Made by a program: the position numbers and the translations under genes
Assembly (NCBI GenBank): GCA_038087875.1
Contig: CM075987.1
Location: forward strand, 26,104,001-26,168,000
Reading direction: 5' to 3'
Source of the DNA: Malacoraja senta
Taxonomy: Eukaryota
DNA: 64,000 nucleotides
Notes under the pieces: generated by a model
What the model saw: only the letters and a program-made list of their open reading frames with translations
Databases searched by the model: none
Told to the model about the DNA's origin: nothing
In this document: positions 25,237-39,545 of the stretch, one piece after another
How the letters are laid out: each line of letters opens with the position of its first letter
Numbering within the stretch: the stretch's first letter is position 1

Positions 25237-26287
25237 CTCTAGAGTCATAGAGTCGCACAGCATGGAAACAGGCCCTTCGGCCCAACTTGCCCACACCGGC
25301 CAACATGTCGCATCTACACTAGTCCCACCTCTAACATAACTTCTAGCGCTATTGCAGACACTGGCCAGCCTTTCTATTAAAACTATTTAAATGCAAAGCA
25401 GGTTGATCAACTTCCATTAACTTGCCTGCTTCTGTTATATATACTGCCGACTTAATAAGATCCTACAGGAATTTAAGTTCAAGAAGGTATGGGTCTGACT
25501 GGAAGGCTAACATTGATGGAAATACAACTGTGCTGAGGTCTGATCCAAAGCAGCAACTCCTGGGTTTAATTCAGTGTAAGAGTGACTCTCTGTGAGTTAA
25601 TCTCTCCTGAGAACCAAGCTAGATATTTTAAATAAGTACCGTACATTTCAATGGTGTTTTACACAGGGTTTGTATTCAACAGCAGAAGCCCAGGGATCCT
25701 GAAACTCTGGTGGGAGCAAGGAATGGAAATGAAGTACAAGTGCCGGAGTAACTCTGAGTCTGAAGAAGGGTCTCAACCCGAAACGTCACCCAATTCCTTT
25801 TCTCCAGAGATGCTGCCTGAACCCGCTGAGTTACTCCAGCATTTTGTGTCTACCTGTGGAGGGAATGCACAGGCAACATTTTGGGTCAGGACCCTTCTTC
25901 AGACTGATGAGTGAAGAAGGGGTCCCGATACAAAATGCGGCCTGTCCATTCCCCCCACAGATGCTGCCTGACCCACTGAGTTTCTGAGGCACTTTGTATT
26001 TTACTCAGAATTCCAGCACCTGCAATTCCTTCCACTGAATGAAAATTGTTGGACTGTTTTAAAAATTGAGGTCACAACAGCAAATGAATACCCAATGGTT
26101 ATCACTGGGCAAGATTTCATTGGGAGTTTAGCATTTCAATCGTCTACATTCGTTTTTTCTTGAAGAGAGAAGACACAAAAAGCTGGAGTAACTCAGGCGG
26201 GACAGGCAGCATCTCCTGGAGAGAAGGAATGGGTGACGTTTTGGGTTGAGACCCTTCTCAGACTTTTTTTCTCGTTTGGGATAATGT

Positions 26288-26780
26288 TCATAAGTTTATA
26301 AGTGATAGGACCAGTATTAAGCCATTCGGCCCATCAGGTCTACTCGCCATTCAATCATGGCTGATCTATCTTTCCCTCTTAAACCCCATTCTCCTGCCTT
26401 CTCCCCAGAACCCCTGACACCTGTATTAATCAAGGATCTATGTATCACTGCCTTAAAGGTATCCATTGACTTGGGCAATGAATTCCACAGATTCACAACC
26501 CTCTGACTAAAGAATTCCTCCTCATCTCCTTTCTAAAGGTATGTCCTTTAATTCTGAGGCTGTGGCCTTTAGTCCTGGACTCTCCCACTGGTGGAAACAT
26601 CCTCTCCGCATCCACTCTATCCAAGCCTTTCACTATTCGGTATGTTTCAATGAGGTCCCCCCCTCACCCTTCTAAACTCCAGCGAGTACAGGCCCAGAGC
26701 CGTCAAATACTCATCGTATGTCAACCTACTCATTCCTGGGATCATTCTTGTAACCTCCTCTGGACTCTCTCCAGGGCTAG
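26288..26780 (-). mobile_element. CR1 3' fragment
   Basis: LALERVQRRLQE..., plus CR1 3'UTR. Confidence 0.85.
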
Positions 26781-26884
26781 CAAATCAATGCTCAGATTGT
26801 GTCTATAATTGTGAAAATGATGCACTACAGACGAGTGCACCAAATGCAAAGATTTCAGAAGGTAGACACAAATCGCTGGAGTAA

Positions 26885-27275
26885 AGCCCCTGTCCCACTT
26901 AGGAGACCTGAACAGCAACCTCTGGTGACCTTGCCCGTCACCCAAAAAAAAAATCATGGTCGAGGTGACCTGCAACCTCCTACCACCTCCCACGCATATG
27001 TTGAAAACCTTCCTCGACTATGAAGAAAACCAGCTTCGACTATCCCTGCGACTAAAAAATGATCGATTTTTCAAACGGCAACCTATTTTTAGTCGACGCC
27101 AGTTTTAATCACGATGAGAAAATAGCAGCAACCTAGATGAAGCCTCGACCACGCGGAAACCACTTTCAACCATTAGGGAGAGTGACCAAAACCTCCGGCT
27201 GACCTCATGGAAACCTTGGGTGGCGGGCAAGGTCAGCAGAGATTGCTGTTTAGGTCTCCTAAGTGGGACAGGGCT
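26885..27275. mobile_element. PIF/Harbinger-like MITE in a PLE tail
   Basis: TIR agcccctgtcccacttaggagacct / aggtctcctaagtgggacagggct; TAA TSD within ggag-taa-ctca. Confidence 0.88.
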
Positions 27276-27803
27276 TAACTCATTGACTTGGTCTCCACAA
27301 CCTCCTGTGGCAATGCATTACACGGAATCACCACCTCCTGACTAAAGAAATTCCTCCTCGCCTCCTCCCTAAAGGTACGTCCTTTAATTCTGAAGCTATG
27401 ACCTCTAGTCCTGGACCTGGACTCTCCCACTAGTGGAACATCCTCTCCACGTCCACTCTATCCAGGAAACCCCTTTTTGATTCCAGTGCCAAACGAGAGT
27501 TGATAGGACATGCCCAGCACGCACACGCACAGAAGACACAGTCAACGGTGCCCTGCAGCAACGCTGTCGTTCTCGCAAAACCACAAAGGCACAACACTGC
27601 TTATTGTGCCCGTCACACAGGATCGCAAAGAGATTTGCCAACTGAGAACGTTAGCCTTACGGCCATGGATTTATTCAGATGCCTTGAACTCCGCAAATCC
27701 CATGTGGCATCTGCCACCTCGTTTCAAACCGAGACCATTGTAGGGGGGAAAGAAATATACTCAGAGAACAGTGCAGGTATCACCAGTAGCTCAACTGCAA
27801 AAC

Positions 27804-28100
27804 GGGCAGCACGATGGTGCAGCGGTAGAGGTGCTGCCTCACAGCACCAGAGACCCGGGTTCGAACCTGACCGCGGGTGCTGTCTATACCGAGTTTGTCC
27901 AATTCTCCCCGTGGCCTGCGTGGGTTTTCTCCGGGTGCTCCGTTTTCCTCCCACACTTCAAAGACGTACAGGTTTGTAGGTAAATTAGCTTGGTCTAAAA
28001 ATATAAATTGTCGCTCATGTGCGTGGGGTAGTGTTAATGTGCGGGGATCGCTGGTTGGCGTGGAATCGGCGGGCCGAAGGGACTGTTTCCGCACTGTATG
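27804..28100 (+). mobile_element. tRNA-derived SINE
   Basis: Family copy. Confidence 0.85.
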
Positions 28101-28605
28101 AGGTGGATCCATAGAGGATCCAATGCCGCAATTCGTCAACATCTATGGACCTACGCCTGCAAACGCCTCGACCTTTCTGAGATTCATATTGCAGTTACTT
28201 CTACAGTACAACTAATAGCAATTCAAAGTCATTTGAAGATGGCAGTATTTGCATATTAATTAGCATTTCTGTTCCGAAGAATAACCTCTTTAAAATAGAT
28301 GCCTTTGGTTTATATCAGCATTTAACAATTCACTGTATAATCAATGCCCTATCTCACCAAAGTAGAACTAAGGATTCATGATCTCAGACCCTTTCTGAAT
28401 TAACAGGATTTGGATCAATTGCTCGAATAACCTGCGATAATATTTTGGTTCCATGAGATCAATATATGCCTTAAAACAATACACTTAAGGCGAAATTATT
28501 GATAATCATCAGATTTTTGTTTTTGTTTATACATTCATGGAGATGCACCTATTGCCCAGTAGTTTGTACTTCTGCCACGGACCTTCACATCAGATAAAAC
28601 TATTG

Positions 28606-28920
28606 GTCGGCACGGTGACGCAGCGGTAGAGTTGCTGCCTCACAGCGCCAGAGACCCGGGTTTCGATTCTGACTGCGGGTGCTGTCTGTACAGGGTTTGT
28701 ACGTTCCTCCCCGTGACCTGCGTGGGTTTTCTCCGGGTGCTTGTTTCCTCCCCACACTCCAAAGACGTGCAGGTTTGTGGTTTAATTTGGCTTCAGTCAA
28801 AATTGTAAATTGTCCGAAGTGTGTTGGATAGTGCTAGTGTGTGGGGATGGGTGGCTGGCGTGGACTCGGTGGGCCGAAGGGCTGTTTCCGCGCTGCAACC
28901 TCTAAACTAAACTAAATAAA
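28606..28920 (+). mobile_element. tRNA-derived SINE
   Basis: Family copy. Confidence 0.88.
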
Positions 28921-29084
28921 GGCAAACTGTTACTTGAAATTTCTAGCACCAATTAACAGATAATGTATAAAATAACCCACTCTTGCCTTCCAGTACATTT
29001 TAATTGCAGACACAGTTAGAATAGAGGGTCTGCAGCCAAGTAAGAAGGAATACATTGAGAGGTACAATTCATTGAACAACAACA

Positions 29085-29552
29085 ACAAGATTGTGGACGC
29101 AGCCCAGACCATCACACAAACCAACCTCCCTTCCATTGACTCCATCTACACCTCACGCTGCCTCGGCAAGGCCAGCAGCATAATCAAGGACCAGTCGCAC
29201 CCCGGCCACACCCTCTTCTCCCCTCTCCCTCGGGCAAATGGTACAGAAGTGTGAAAACGCACCCCAGTAGATTCAGAGACAGTTTCTTCCCAGCTGTTAT
29301 CAGGCAACTGAACCATCCTACCACAGCCAGAGAGCAGTGCTGAACTTCTATCTACCTCGTTGGTGACCCTTAGACTATCCTTGATCGGACTTTGCTTGCT
29401 TTACCTTGCACTAAACGTTATTCCCTTATCATGTGTCTGTACACTGTAAACGGCTCGATTGTAATCATGTATTGTCTTTCCGCTGACTGAGTTAGCATGC
29501 AACAAAAGCTTTTCACTGTACCTCGGTACACGTGACAATAAACTAAACTGAA
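29085..29552 (+). mobile_element. Rex1/Babar LINE 3' fragment
   Basis: IVDAAQTITQTNLPSIDSIYTSRCLGKASSIIKDQSHPGH; 3'UTR ends gtgacaataaactaaactg. Confidence 0.8.
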
Positions 29553-29867
29553 CCACATCTGGGAGTTGGGGATTGGATTAAACAGTGAAGGATTCCTGCC
29601 TGTTATAGATCTGAAGGGAAATTAATTTAAGACTCAACATGATATCTGCTGGGACCTGAAATTAAAGTTTAAAAAAATACGTTTGCCACGTTGAACATTA
29701 AATAGCACTAGCTGGGCAATTAAACTTAATGAGGACAAGAAACGGAAACATCAGACAAATCAAAAAAGATGGGAGGGTGTGTGTGGATGTCGAGAGCCAA
29801 TTCACATATGGAAACAAAGAGAAGTTTAGTGGAGTGAGCCCTGAAATGCCACCTTGGAGATCAAATA

Positions 29868-30232
29868 GTGAAAGGCTGGATAGAGTGGATGTGGAGAGGA
29901 TGTTTCCACTAGTGGGAGAGTCTAGACTGGAGGCTACAGCCTCAGAATAAAAAGACGTACCTTTAGGAAGGAGATAAGGAGGAATTTCTTTAGTCAGAGG
30001 TTGGTGAATCTGTGGAATTCATTGCCACAGACGGCGGTGGAGGCCAAGTCAATAGATATTTTAACGCAGAGATAGTTAGATTCTCGATTAGTATGGATGT
30101 CAGGGGTTATGGGGAGAAGGCATGAGAATGGGGTTAGAGAGGGAGAGATAGATCAGCCATGATTGAATGGCGGAGTAGACTTGAGGGGCCGAATGGCCAT
30201 ATTCTGCGCCTCTCACTTTTGACCTTATGAAC
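29868..30232 (+). mobile_element. CR1 3' fragment
   Basis: LDRVDVERMFPLVGESR, plus 3'UTR. Confidence 0.85.
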
Positions 30233-30794
30233 TGATGAAATTCGGTCAGGGTCCCGAGTTACTTGATTCTTTGGGAAAAGTTACTGATTCTTTTGGAAAA
30301 TTTGAACCTTGCATTGAGAATTTAAAAAAAACTGCAGATGAGGGAATTTTGAAATCACACCACAAGTGTCTGGGATACTCAGCAGGTTGGGCAGCACCTA
30401 TGGTGAAAGAAGAAAGGTTAATGTTCCAGATCAATTTACAACATCTTTCCTATAACGTGCTGCCGAGTCTGAACACAATATTCGACACGTCTTATATAAA
30501 AGCAACTCGACCTCCCAACTTCTGTATTCACTGGGAATAATGTCAAGTCATGAAATGGTGCGGGTTTGACATGGTTTAGGAGCAGAAATACATAGAAACA
30601 TAGAAAATAGGTGCAGGAGGAGGCCATTCGGCCCTTCGAGCCAGCACCACCATTCATTGTGATCATGGCTGATCTTCCCCAATCAATGAATAGAAACATA
30701 GAACATAATTCTACATTCAAATCAGAGAAAATAAAATATAAATAAAATCAAGGAGTGGCTGGAGTGAAAATTGAAAAGAAGAACTACCCTTGTC

Positions 30795-31510
30795 GGAAAC
30801 TGTCTTTTTCTTTCATATCCCCTCATCTATGTTTCAGATGTTGGGCCAGGCTCTTGCACAGTGGACAGCCTTCTCGTCTGTCACCGCTAGATCTCCCAGG
30901 CAGCAATGTTCACCAAGAAGTGGGCATCTTAGTCGGTGTGGCATGGATTGTACAGATGTTCCACATTCACATTCTGCGTCTGCCACTTCTGCATAGCCCC
31001 GTGTGCTCATATTGGTCTTGCATCGGCCCATCCCGGTACGAAGCCTATTGAGGGACCTCCAGGTGTTCCAGTCACACCTGTGTCCAGGTGGTGGCTGTTC
31101 CTTGGTTGGGATGGGCATCTTTACATGGTGGTGGTTTTCACTGCGATTCCTTTTCCCACAAGGCTAGTCTGGTTGCTTGAGGGAGACTGTGACAGTGGCT
31201 GGACTGTGTGAAGGAAGCTCTTTCCTCCACTTCAGCCGTTTTAGGGCTGGGTGGATGGGAGTGACAGAATGGCGGGTGTCCCCAACTTGCCGACTACGTT
31301 CAGTTCCACCGGCTACTGCTCTGCGGATTCCTAGAGGAGCAATACCGGCCAAGACATGCGAGCTCTCCACATCCGCTGGTTTTAGGCAGCCAGTGATGCT
31401 TCTGCAGCTGTCTATAAGGGCGGCATCAACTTCTTCACATGAGGTGACCTCTCCCAAACAGGACAAGCATACTCTGCAGCAGAGTGGCCACAGCGCAAGA
31501 GCAGTTGACC
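30795..31510 (-). mobile_element. Vingi/Ingi-group LINE relic (C-terminal region)
   Basis: SAAEYACPVWERS, CRSITGCLKP..LAGIAP.GIRR, WRSLNRLRTGMGRC..CECG..QSM.H..RCP; tail ggatatgaaagaaaaaga. Confidence 0.75.
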
Positions 31511-31512
31511 CC

Positions 31513-31965
31513 AGTGTGGGCGCATTGGGAGAGTTGCCGCCTTACAGGGTTCACAGCGCCGGAGACCCCGGCTCGATCTCGACTACGGGTGCTGTCTGTG
31601 CGGAGTTTGCACGTTCTCCCCGTGACCGCGTGGGGTTTTCTCCGAGATCTTCAGTTTCCTCCCACACTCCAAAGACGTACAGGTTTGTAAGTTAATGGGC
31701 TTGGTGTAAATGTAAAAAATTATCCCTAGTGTGTCTAGGGTGGTTAGTGTGCGGGGATCGCTGGTCGGTGTGGACTCGGTGGGCTGAAGGCCTGTTTCCT
31801 GTGCTGTATTTCTAAATTAACTCAACTCAATTCTAAAGACGTCCAGGTTCGTTGGCTTGTTATAAGTGAAAAATTGTACCTAGAGTGTGTAAGTGTGCGG
31901 GGATCGCTGGTCGGTGCGGACTCGGTGGGCCGAAGGGCCTGTTGCCGTGCAGTATCTCTAAAGTA
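31513..31965 (+). mobile_element. tRNA-derived SINE plus an extra 3' fragment
   Basis: Family copy 31513-31830 and a second 3' half at 31840-31965. Confidence 0.8.
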
Positions 31966-32426
31966 AAGGTTATGCTTGCCTTAGGAAGGCTGCTGGCTGT
32001 TTTTGTTATTCAGAATAAAATAGTCTGCTTTTTCACAGACGTCCATTTCATTTTACGGGGCCCAAGAGTATTGAGTTGTAATGTGTTTCATCCAGGATGA
32101 GAGGCCGTCTGTTTCAAGGAGATTGAATTTTCCGTAGGTTATTAGGGCTAATTGCTCAGGTTACTTGTCACCAACGTTACTTTGGGGAATGGAGGAAATT
32201 TAGTAAATTGATATAATTATCGATAGCACGATTCCGACAAAGAAATGAGTCATCTCTTTATCATTACAAATTAGATTGGGGTCTGTTCAACGTCCTTGCT
32301 TGAGTGAAAAGGCTGCATATTGCAAGCACTTGCTTAACAGTAAAATATGAAAGAGGTTTTTAAAGAATTAGTTTCCGTTTCAGCTCTTTGGTGGTTAGCG
32401 ACAAATCTATTGTTCGTTCTCCTGAA

Positions 32427-32712
32427 GGGCGACACGGCGGAGCAGCGGTAGAGTTGCTGCCTCACAGCGGCAGAGACCCGGGTTCGATCCTGACTACGGG
32501 TGCTGTCTGTACGCAGTTTGTCCGTTCTCCCCGTGACCCGCGTGGGTTTTCTCCGGGTGCTCCGGTTTCCTCCCATCTCCAACGACGTGCAGGTTTGTAT
32601 GTTAATTGGCTTCTGTGAAATGTCCTTAGTGGGTAGGATAGAACTAGTGTATGTGTTGGTTGGCATGGATTCGGTGGGCCGAAGGGCCTGTTTCAACGCT
32701 GTCTCCCTAAAT
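32427..32712 (+). mobile_element. tRNA-derived SINE
   Basis: Family copy. Confidence 0.85.
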
Positions 32713-32774
32713 GTTACAAACTAACACATGTCTGATGGTTTCTTCAATCATCCCCTCTCCCCTGTGAAGTAGGC

Positions 32775-33055
32775 GCTGGGCCTGTACTCGCTGGAGTTTG
32801 GAAGGATGAGGGGGACCGCATTGAAACTTACCGAATAGTGAAAGGCCCGGATAGAGTGGATGTGGAGAGGATGTTTCCACTAGTGGGAGAGTCTAGGACC
32901 AGAGGGCACAGCCTCAGGATTGAAGGACATTTTTTTAGGAAGTAGATTCAGTCAGATGATGGTGAATCTGTGGAATTCTTTGCCACATAGGCCATCAATT
33001 TATATATTTAATGCAGAGATAGATTCTTGATTAGCACAGGTGACAGGGGTTATGA
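32775..33055 (+). mobile_element. CR1 3' fragment
   Basis: ctgggcctgtactcgctggagttt...gatagagtggatgtggagagg. Confidence 0.85.
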
Positions 33056-33099
33056 TACCGACTACTCAAGACTGTCAAGTTAACTCGCTCTTGGCTGGG

Positions 33100-33405
33100 A
33101 GTCGCTGGAGTCAAGAGGCACCAATGCCCGCGTATGTACTGTCTACAAGGAGACTCATGGCATCATCCCCAGTAATATCTCTCACCTCATTCAATCCAAG
33201 ACCCAGAAATCTACAAGACAGTCCACAGGACACTTTATTTATACTAGAATCAGAGCAAACAAAAATAGCTATCTACAGTCACTATATCCATGGCCTATCC
33301 CAGAGTGGAACAGCCTTCCTGACACCACCACACATGCACCAACCTTGTCACTCTTCAAGACACAGCTCGACAACTTGGACATGGATCATCTCACCAAACT
33401 TGCCC
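33100..33405 (+). mobile_element. Old CR1/L2-group LINE C-terminal relic of a distinct family
   Basis: Frameshifted YKETHGII..YTRIRANK..SLYPWPIPEWNSLPD resembles the FFP..I.EWN.LP terminal motif. Confidence 0.45.
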
Positions 33406-33408
33406 ACA

Positions 33409-33625
33409 AGGTAGACAAAAGTGCTGGAGAAACTCGGCGGGTGAGGCAGCATCTATGGAGCGAAGGAAATAGGTGACGTTTCGGGTCGAGACCCTTCTTC
33501 AGACTGAATTCCTTCTATTCAGACCTATTTCCTTCGCTCCATAGATGCCGCCTCACCCGCTGAGTTTCTCCAGCGTTATTGTCCACCTTTGATTTTCCCA
33601 GCATCTGCAGTTCTTTCTTAAACAC
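33409..33625. mobile_element. Inverted (hairpin) pair of PLE tails
   Basis: Reverse tail 33409-33506 followed by forward tail 33523-33625. Confidence 0.85.
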
Positions 33626-33643
33626 ATAAAAAATCTAAATAAC

Positions 33644-33842
33644 NNNNNNNNNNNNNNNNNNNNNNNNNNNNNNNNNNNNNNNNNNNNNNNNNNNNNNNNN
33701 NNNNNNNNNNNNNNNNNNNNNNNNNNNNNNNNNNNNNNNNNNNNNNNNNNNNNNNNNNNNNNNNNNNNNNNNNNNNNNNNNNNNNNNNNNNNNNNNNNNN
33801 NNNNNNNNNNNNNNNNNNNNNNNNNNNNNNNNNNNNNNNNNN
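33644..33842. other. Assembly gap (Ns)
   Basis: Run of N. Confidence 1.
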
Positions 33843-33937
33843 NCTGCCTGTCCCGCTGAGTTACTCCAGCATGTTGTGTCTATCTTCAGTGCGAACCGGC
33901 ACCTGCAGTTCCTTCCTACACAAAAGGTTGGAGTTCA

Positions 33938-34350
33938 ATACAATTGAACCATCGATCTACCTCAATGGTGACCCTCGACTATCCTTGATCAGACTTTGCT
34001 GGCTTTACCTTGCACTAAACGTTATTTCCTCAACATGTATCTATACACTGTAAACGGCTCGATTGTAACCACATTCTGTATTGTCTTTCCGCTGGCTGGA
34101 TAGCACGCAACAAAAGCTTTTCACTGTACCTTGGTACACGTGACAATAAACTGAACTGCCTGAAGTTCCTCCCTAGAAAAGCACTTGTAACTGAACTGCT
34201 TTCAAGAGAGAGCTAGATAGGGCTCTTAAAGATAGCGGAGTCAAGGGATATGGGGAGAAGGCAGGAACGGGGTACTGATTGGGGATGATCAGCCATGATC
34301 ACATTGAATGGCTCGAAGGGCCGAATGGCCTACTCCTGCACCTATTGTCT
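33938..34350 (+). repeat. Composite segment (Rex/Babar 3'UTR, unique linker, CR1 tail) with an inverted copy at 42978-43774
   Basis: Shared unique linker gcctgaagttcctccct.aaaagcacttgtaactgaactg and shared junction atacaattgaacc. Confidence 0.85.
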
Positions 34351-34674
34351 ATTGTCTATTGAACTGAATTGAAGGACAGGCAAATACCACAGCGTCTAGG
34401 ATCAAGGTTGCAACCATTTGAGAAAAAGATCATGTCTTCAATGAAGCTGAAATATGTGCCTTCCTTTTCATTTGAAGACCATTTCACATTAATCAATTCA
34501 TTGTAGGAAGAAGGTCATGTTCACATTGTCCTATTAGCGGGTCAGAATACATAATGGTACCCAGCCTAGAGGCCAGAAGTTTTGTGAATTGACTCTATAC
34601 CTATTTACCTGAAAGCGGATGCTCCTGAATAGTATCAACAGAGTGTATTTTGTTTGGAGATTGCCTTTTGATCA

Positions 34675-34993
34675 GTTTTAGTTTAGTTTAGTTTAAAGTT
34701 TAGACATACTGCGCGGAAACAGGCCCTTCGGCCCACCGATTCCGTGCCGACCGGCGGTCCCTGTACACTATTCTACACACTGGGGACAATATACAATCTT
34801 TACTGAAAGCCAATTAACCTACAAACCTGGACGTCTTTTGAGAGCGGGAGGAAACTGGAGCACCCGAGGAAAACCCACGCAGGTCACGGGAAGAAGGTAC
34901 AAACTCCGTACAGACAGCATCCCTAGTCAGGATCGAACCCGGGTCTCTGGCACTGTGAGGCAGCAGCTTGACCGCTGCGCCACCGTGCTGCCC
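34675..34993 (-). mobile_element. tRNA-derived SINE
   Basis: Full reverse copy. Confidence 0.88.
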
Positions 34994-35184
34994 TTGTTGT
35001 TAAAATAAGATTGCCCCCCCGTAACTTGCTGAGACTCTGGCAAGAGAACTAGATTAGTGTCGAGAGGAACTGCAGGACGGCTGATGTTGTAAATCGAGAC
35101 CCTTCTTCAGTCCTGGATTGCCCCCTGCTATCCTGGAGGAGACTCATCCTTTCAGTTAAAAAACAATACCAATTGTGGGGTGAG

Positions 35185-35962
35185 TGGGGCAGCGGTAGAG
35201 TTGTTGCCTCAAAGCACCAGCGCTCGTTCAATCCTGGCCTTGGGTTTTGTCTGTGTGGAGTTTGCATGTTCTCCCCGTGACCACGAGGGTTTCCTCCAGG
35301 TGCTCCAGTTTCCTTCCACAGGCCAAAGACGTGCGGGTTTGTAGTTTAATTGGCCCCTGTCCGAGAGAAATGCCCCTTATGAATCGGGAGTGGGTGAGAA
35401 AGTGGGATTGCATCGAACTAGTGATTGAAGGTCGATGTGGACTCTGCCCTTACTGTCTCTCTAAACTCGAAACTAATTAGCAAAATTCATCCTGCTGATT
35501 AAAGTCTGTAAATATTGCAATTAGTAATGCGGCTGTTATGTTTTCTGTTCAACACTGGGATCACGTTTCAGAAATAATCTGAATAAGTAATAAGAAATGT
35601 TGAGACTTCTTGAATATTTGGTAGATGCTGAATAAGACCTTTCCCTCTTTGTCAAACTTCGTAACTTCATTGAATGTTTTGGTATGTAGGGTGGTGCAGC
35701 GGTAGAGTTGCTGCCTCACAGCGTCAGAGACCCGGGGTTCAATCCTGACTACGGGTGCTGTCTGTACGGAGTTTGAACATCCCCCCAGCGACCACGTGGG
35801 TTTCCTCCACACTTGAAAAACGGACAGATTTGTAGGTTAATTGCCATCTGTAACCTGTCCCTTAGTGTGTAGGATTGTGCTGGTGTACGGGGAGATTGCT
35901 GGTCGGCGTGGAATCAATGGGCTGGAAGATCCTATTTCACGCTGTATCTCGAAGGTCTAAGT
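35185..35962 (+). mobile_element. Two older SINE copies (35185-35475 with variant 3' region; 35688-35962)
   Basis: SINE head and body motifs. Confidence 0.75.
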
Positions 35963-36554
35963 CTAACGGTATCCCTCGAAGTAGTTTAAGATCTCATATT
36001 TGTCTTTCCAACTACTTTATTCTCTATTTATAAGGAATCCACTCAACTATCCCTCTCAAAATGATAACGCCATCTTTTACCAATCTTGTAACTCCGCATT
36101 GAAGATGGAGTCTGGCAATAGCCGGTCAAATCTCATCACCCTTACCTCCACGGGACTTAAACTGCTATTCATATTCTTTAGCTTACTGCTGTGTCACATC
36201 AAAGAAAGTCATTTTCAACAATTGAACAATAGATGTGGTGTTTTAGTGTGATGCTTTTGTTTTCTATTTTGTGTTTGTGGTCGACTCGAGTCATTACTTA
36301 AGCTGGAAATGATTGAAATTCAACTCCCAAGACTGCTGTTCTCGCATCCTCGATCTACTGAAATAAAGAATCTCAAACTGTTTTTTGTTTTTTCCCCTCA
36401 CCAAAGTTTATAAACTATTCTTCTGCACTTCTTCTGACAGTTTGCCGTATTGAGTACCCATTCAAGCCACGACTCTCATCATTGTAACGGATTCCCTCTT
36501 CATTCAGTGCATTGTAGCCACGGAGGGTCTATGCATCTACAACATCCACTGCAG

Positions 36555-37135
36555 TTACAGGTGTAGCGTTGCTGCCTCACAGCGCCAGAGACCCGGGTTC
36601 GATCCTGACTGCGGGCGCGGTCTGTACGGAGTTTGTAGGTTCTCACCGTGACCTGCGTGGGTTTTGTCCGGGTGCTCCGGTTTCCTCCAAAGACGTACAG
36701 GATTGAAAGCTAGACAAAAAATGCTGGAGGAACTCAGCGGGTGAGGCAGCATCTATGGAGAGAAGGAATGGGCGACGTTTCGGGTCTCGAGACCCTCCTT
36801 CTCTCCATAGACGCTGCCTCACCCGCTGAGTTCCTCCAGCATTTTTTGTCTACCGTCGATTGTTTCAGCATCTGCAGTTCTTTCTTACACAGGTTTGAAA
36901 GCTAATTGGCTTCTGCAAATTGCCCCAGTGTAGTAGGATGTGAAACTGGGAAAACATGGAACTGGTTTAAGTGTAAATTGGTGTAAATGTAAATTGTCCC
37001 AAGTGTGTGCAATAAGCATTATAGAGCTCCACTCTATGATCTTTGGTGTGTAAGACAGTGTTAGTGTGCGGGGACCACTGGTCGGCGCGGACCCGGTGGG
37101 ATGAAGGGCCTGTATCTCTGAGCTAAATTAAACTA
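36555..37135 (+). mobile_element. SINE interrupted by a PLE hairpin (36713-36888)
   Basis: TSD acagg(a/t)ttgaaagcta at 36697-36712 and 36889-36904. Confidence 0.82.
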
Positions 37136-37717
37136 AAGACGTCTAATATAGTGACATTACTCCTAATTCACACTTATGATCTGAGTTTAGCTCAGGAGGG
37201 AGAAGGAATCGGAATGTAGACACAAAATGCTGGAGTAACTCAGCGGGACAGGCAGCATCTCTGGAGAGAAGGAATGGGTGACGTTTCGGGTCGAGACCCT
37301 GCTTCAGACTGAGAGTTGTCGGACTGTTGTGAACAGTGGGAGCCAGGGGACGATCTTGTCCACGGACACGATCTGAAGAGAAGTTAATCGCTAATCGATT
37401 GGAGGTAACTCGTCAATAAAAAGCTTGCTCGTGGTCCCAGCAATAAAGCTAATGGCTAATTAAAATATCATATTTCGCATCTCTTGCAACAATCAAATAC
37501 AAATATGCCCTGTGAATGTATTTTGAGAAACCAGAGAAATAAAGATGAGATTTAGGCTTATGATGAATTAGATTCCTCATCAGTATTGAAGTATTAAATA
37601 ACCCTTACTCTTAGGAACAACTGATGGATGGCTGATACCACGGGAATTAGGAAGCTGTAGTTATTGATAAATCTTTGCTTCCCTGGCTCTTACAGATACT
37701 GACCAACCGACACAGAT

Positions 37718-38509
<792 letters not shown>

Positions 38510-38510
<1 letters not shown>

Positions 38511-39545
38511 CATAAGGTCATAGGAATAGGAGTAGAATTAGACCATTCGGCCCCTAAAGTCTACTCCGCCGATAGACACCAAATGCTGGAGGTAACTCAG
38601 CGGGACAGGCAGCATCTCTGGAGAGAAGGAATGGGTGACTTTTCGGGTCGCGACCCTTCTTCAGGCATGTCTGATCTATCTCTCCCTCCTAACCCCATTC
38701 TCCTGCCTTCTCCCCATAACCCCTGACACATGTACTAATCAACAATCTATCTATCTCTGCTTTATAAATATCCACTGACTTGGCCTCCACAGCCCTCTGA
38801 GGCAAATAATTCTTTCTCTCCAGAGACGATGCCGCTGAGTTATTCCAGCAGTTTGTGTCTATCTCTCATTTGATGAAGTGTTTCTGTAAAGGTTGAAGCC
38901 AACTTCACTGCAATCAAAGTGGAGCTGTTACTCTGCAGAAATGTATTGACATTTACATTCAGGCAATTTTATCTAGATAAATTTGGCTTTGATTCTCGGT
39001 TTGCCTGTCTTCCTGTATCTGAGAAAGAAGCAGCTTGCATTCAAATAATACGTTGGGATGTCTCAAATGCATTCGAACCACCATCGTTTATAAGGTCGTA
39101 AGGGATAGGAGTATAATTAGACCATTCGGCCCATCAAGTCTACTCCTCCATTCAATCATGGCTGATCTACCTCTCCCTCCTCACACCATTCTCCCGCATT
39201 CTCCCCATAACCTCTGACACCTGTACTAATCAAGAATCTGCCTTAAAAATATCCACTGATTTGGCCTCCACAGCCGTCTGTGGCAGAGAATTCCACAGAT
39301 TCACCACCCTCTGAATAAAGACATTCCTCCTCATCTCCTTCCTAAAAAGAACGTCCTCTAATTCTGAGGCTGTGCCCTCTAGTCCTGGACTCTCCCACTA
39401 GTGGAAACATCCTCTCCACATCCACTCTATCCAAGCTTTCACTATTCTGTACGTTTCAATGAGTCCCCCCTCATTCTTCCAAACTCCAGCGAGCACAGGC
39501 CCAGTGTCGACAAACGCTCATCATAGGTTAACCTACTCATTCCTA
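38510..39545 (-). mobile_element. CR1 3' fragments (38510-38810, containing a PLE tail; 39090-39545)
   Basis: CR1 3'UTR and C-terminal motifs. Confidence 0.8.

Noticed and set aside
27500..27979. 159-aa ORF
   Set aside because: The C-terminal half is SINE sequence and the N-terminal half has no recognisable homology.
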